The notes beneath the pieces are model-generated. The model saw nothing but the letters and a program-made list of their open reading frames with translations, searched no databases and was not told where the DNA came from. Shown here piece after piece: positions 17,478 through 20,000 of a stretch of DNA of 20,000 nucleotides. Both the position numbers and the translations under genes were made by a program. The DNA is taken from IMG/VR virus record IMGVR_UViG_3300021400_004415. One strand, 5' to 3'. The stretch comes from an uncultured virus (IMG/VR IMGVR_UViG_3300021400_004415) (lineage: Duplodnaviria > Heunggongvirae > Uroviricota > Caudoviricetes). How positions within the stretch are numbered: the stretch's first letter is position 1; each line of letters starts with the position of its first letter.

Positions 17478-17870
17478 TTATTTTTCGAGGATAACCAGCG
17501 CCAGTTCCTCCTTGCCGTTCTGGGGCTTTCCTTCGGCGTCCCAGCAGCACGGCATGTTGTCCGGGTCAAGCCCCACGACGGGGTAATCGCCGGCTGCGCT
17601 GGCGGTGTAGAGCTTGACCGGGCGTCCGTCAGTGGTGGCGAACTGGACGTTTCCGAGTTTCCTTGAGGTGAACTGTTTCGCCTTTTCTATGTCGAAAGGC
17701 TGTTCCTCCTTGCCGTTATCGGCCTTGAGGAGGACGATGACGGAATCACCTTCCTTGAGGTTGAATCGTTTTGCAAGGTAGGTGGCTGGGTTGACGGTCT
17801 CGCCGTCCTTGGTGGTGTAGATACACTTCTTGTCCTTTACTGAAAGGAGCATTTCGAGTTTTAGTCTCAT
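17478..17870 (-). CDS. Hypothetical protein (130 aa) with a phage/MGE-type 'T.DGR.V...GDYPVV.L' motif
   Basis: ATG start and tight operon spacing. The C-terminal motif TTDGRPVKLY...GDYPVVGL...W...G is recalled from Bacteroidetes phage hypotheticals. Confidence 0.7.
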   Translation of the reverse strand: MRLKLEMLLSVKDKKCIYTTKDGETVNPATYLAKRFNLKEGDSVIVLLKADNGKEEQPFDIEKAKQFTSRKLGNVQFATTDGRPVKLYTASAAGDYPVVGLDPDNMPCCWDAEGKPQNGKEELALVILEK

Positions 17871-17875
17871 GGCGT

Positions 17876-18157
17876 TTATCTTTTAATTGTGTTAAAGAGT
17901 TCTTTGAGCGAGTTGTCATCGAGATGGAGTGTTGTATAACTCTCGGCAATCTCGAATTCTTTAGCGTCCGGAACTTGCTCCTTGATGTAACGTACCGTTA
18001 TCGGTATCTCACCGAAGAGGTCATCCACGAAGACGGTGACGGGAGCGCCGAGGCGGAGGCAGCCCCCCTGCTGGCGGACAGCGTTGCCGATGTCTGCCAG
18101 CAGGTTCTGCCGGAGGCTGCGCCCCGAATCATGATGGGTCTTTCGCTTGAAGAGCAT
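17876..18157 (-). CDS. Hypothetical protein (93 aa)
   Basis: ATG start 18 nt after the nrdD stop, and 5 nt to the next gene. Confidence 0.7.
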   Translation of the reverse strand: MLFKRKTHHDSGRSLRQNLLADIGNAVRQQGGCLRLGAPVTVFVDDLFGEIPITVRYIKEQVPDAKEFEIAESYTTLHLDDNSLKELFNTIKR

Positions 18158-18175
18158 AGTGTGTCGGTTTATCTG

Positions 18176-20000
18176 TTATTCGTGGGTCACCCTGTCACGG
18201 AGCTCCGCTTTTTTGGCGGAGTTCCAGCGTTCGGTGGTACCGACGAGGTAACCGGTGATGCGCTGCAGGAGGTCGATGTTCTTGCTCCCGCACTTGGGGC
18301 AGACGGTGATGCCTTTCTGCCCCGTCTCGTAGCCGCAGTCAAGGCACCTGGCCCTGTTATGGTTGACGCTGCCGTAGCCCATGTTGTATTTGTCCATGAG
18401 GTCGACGATCTGCATGATGGCCTCAGGGTTATGGGTGGCGTCGCCGTTCATCTCGATATAGAAGATATGTCCGCCTCTGGTGAGGTCATGATAAGGGGCC
18501 TCGATACGGGCCTTCTCTTCGGGCGTGCAGTGGTAGAAGACCGGAACGTGGTTGGAGTTGGTGTAGTACTCCTTATCCGTCACGCCGGGTATCTGTCCGT
18601 ACCGCTTGCGGTCCACCTTAGTGAATTTCCCCGACAGGCCTTCGGCAGGAGTGGCAAGGACGGAGTAGTTGTGCTTGTATTTCTCGCAGTAACGGTTGAC
18701 GTTGTCGCGCAGGAACGTTACTATCCTCAATCCCAGTTCCTGTGCCTGCGGGCTTTCGGCGTGATGCTTGCCCGTGAGGGCCACAAGGCACTCGGCAAGG
18801 CCGATGAAGCCTATACCCAGTGTACCTTGGTTGATTACTGAGGCAACGGTGTCTGTCGGCTTGAGGTTTTCCGAACCGAGCCACATGCCGCTCATCAGCA
18901 TGGGGAACTGCTTGGCAAGGGCGCTGGACTGGAACTCGAAGCGCTGGTGAAGCTGGAGGGCGGTCACGTCCTCAAGTTTCTGGAGCCTGTCAAAGAAGGC
19001 TTCTATTACCTCCGGACGGTTACTCCCGAACTCCGCGCCCATTTCCTTCACGGTCTGGATAGCCAGGCCGGGGAGGTTAAGCGTGGAGAAGGACAGGTTA
19101 CCTCGTCCGATGGATGTCTTCGGACCGAAACGATTTTCATAGACACGGGTACGGCAACCCATGGTTGCCACCTCGTGCTCGAAACGGCGGGGATCGTCGG
19201 CTTCCCAGGCGTCGTCCTGGTTGAAGGTTGCGTCGAGGTTAAGGAAATTAGGATAGAACCGTTTCGCGGTGACCTTGCAGGCGAAGCAGTAAAGGTCGTA
19301 GTTGGGGTCGCCGGGAAGGTAGGAGACTCCGCGTTTCTTCTTCCATATCTGTATGGGGAAGATAGCGGTCTCTCCGTTGCCGATTCCCTCGTAGGTTGTG
19401 TTAAGTATCTCGCGTATGATACAGCGTCCCTCCGGGGAGGTGTCGGTACCGTAGTTGATGGATGAGAATACGACCTGGTTGCCGCCACGGCTATGGATGG
19501 TGTTCATCTTATGGACGAACGCCTCCATGGTCTGATGGACGCGCCTTACGGTGCGGTTGACGGCGATTTGGCTGATTCGGGCGGCAAGTACGTTGTAATA
19601 GTTGTAATCATCGGTGGCCATGATTTCCTCGTCTACGTCTTCCTTGATATAATCGTCTATTGACGTATTCTTTATCATATCAAAGAATCTGTCGTATGAA
19701 ACCGTGACGATGCTTTCCTCATCCGAAGGATCTTCCATTTCTATGTCTGAATTTATACTTGTGGTAGGCATTATGCCCCGCAGGTCAGCCCGCAGCCTGT
19801 CCACTTCTTCCTCGTATGTTTTCCGTACATACGGGGCAAGGTAGAAGTCAAAGGCCGGGATGGCCTGTCCGCCGTGCATCTCGTTCTGTACGGTCTCCAT
19901 TCCGATACAGGCAAGATCGGCGGCCGTCTCAAGGTGCTTTGCCGGACGGTGTGCGGCGTGCCCTATGACGGCTCCTTCACGAAGAAGCTTGTCCGTGGGG
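18176..20000 (-). CDS. nrdD: Anaerobic (class III) ribonucleoside-triphosphate reductase, 5' end outside window
   Basis: Motifs QNEMHGGQ, SRGGNQVVFSSINYG, TMGCRT, GRGNLSF, ATPAEG, YYTNS, CLDC...CPKC and the glycyl-radical loop RITGYL. The frame stays open from 19900 to 20000 (PTDKLLREG...RPAKHLETAA). Confidence 0.97.
   Translation of the reverse strand, partial: PTDKLLREGAVIGHAAHRPAKHLETAADLACIGMETVQNEMHGGQAIPAFDFYLAPYVRKTYEEEVDRLRADLRGIMPTTSINSDIEMEDPSDEESIVTVSYDRFFDMIKNTSIDDYIKEDVDEEIMATDDYNYYNVLAARISQIAVNRTVRRVHQTMEAFVHKMNTIHSRGGNQVVFSSINYGTDTSPEGRCIIREILNTTYEGIGNGETAIFPIQIWKKKRGVSYLPGDPNYDLYCFACKVTAKRFYPNFLNLDATFNQDDAWEADDPRRFEHEVATMGCRTRVYENRFGPKTSIGRGNLSFSTLNLPGLAIQTVKEMGAEFGSNRPEVIEAFFDRLQKLEDVTALQLHQRFEFQSSALAKQFPMLMSGMWLGSENLKPTDTVASVINQGTLGIGFIGLAECLVALTGKHHAESPQAQELGLRIVTFLRDNVNRYCEKYKHNYSVLATPAEGLSGKFTKVDRKRYGQIPGVTDKEYYTNSNHVPVFYHCTPEEKARIEAPYHDLTRGGHIFYIEMNGDATHNPEAIMQIVDLMDKYNMGYGSVNHNRARCLDCGYETGQKGITVCPKCGSKNIDLLQRITGYLVGTTERWNSAKKAELRDRVTHE

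Overview
The window is a Bacteroidota-type (probably Bacteroidales) locus, judged from TTTG..TAnnTTTG promoters, AT-rich SD-less starts and a YWFCY-type coupling protein. It reads like the backbone of a large conjugative plasmid/ICE or secondary replicon. Nearly all CDSs are on the minus strand. In transcription order (right to left) they are: nrdD (5' end outside the window), two small hypotheticals, a MobC/VirD4-like coupling protein, a PH-domain membrane protein, topoisomerase III, an AT-rich orphan, an SLT lytic transglycosylase, PcrA/UvrD, a histone-H1-like protein missed by the ORF track, a 101-aa ORF, tyrosine recombinase, ParA, a small Cys-rich ORF, a putative RHH protein, an 87-aa ORF, RecD2, a 137-aa helical protein, and MksF/MksE-like condensin (Wadjet-like) genes running off the left edge. 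A plus-strand island carries tRNA-Leu(CAA) and tRNA-fMet. The most interesting non-coding signals are three: (1) a ~180-nt branched fold-back upstream of pcrA with a Bacteroidetes -33/-7 promoter whose -7 box is mispaired, resembling an Frpo/ssi single-strand promoter; (2) a ~100-nt structured RNA candidate leading the tRNA transcript; (3) a perfect 16-bp inverted repeat, part of two outward-facing promoters, tightly flanking a small ORF next to the recombinase. Family calls come from recalled motifs; no database search was run.
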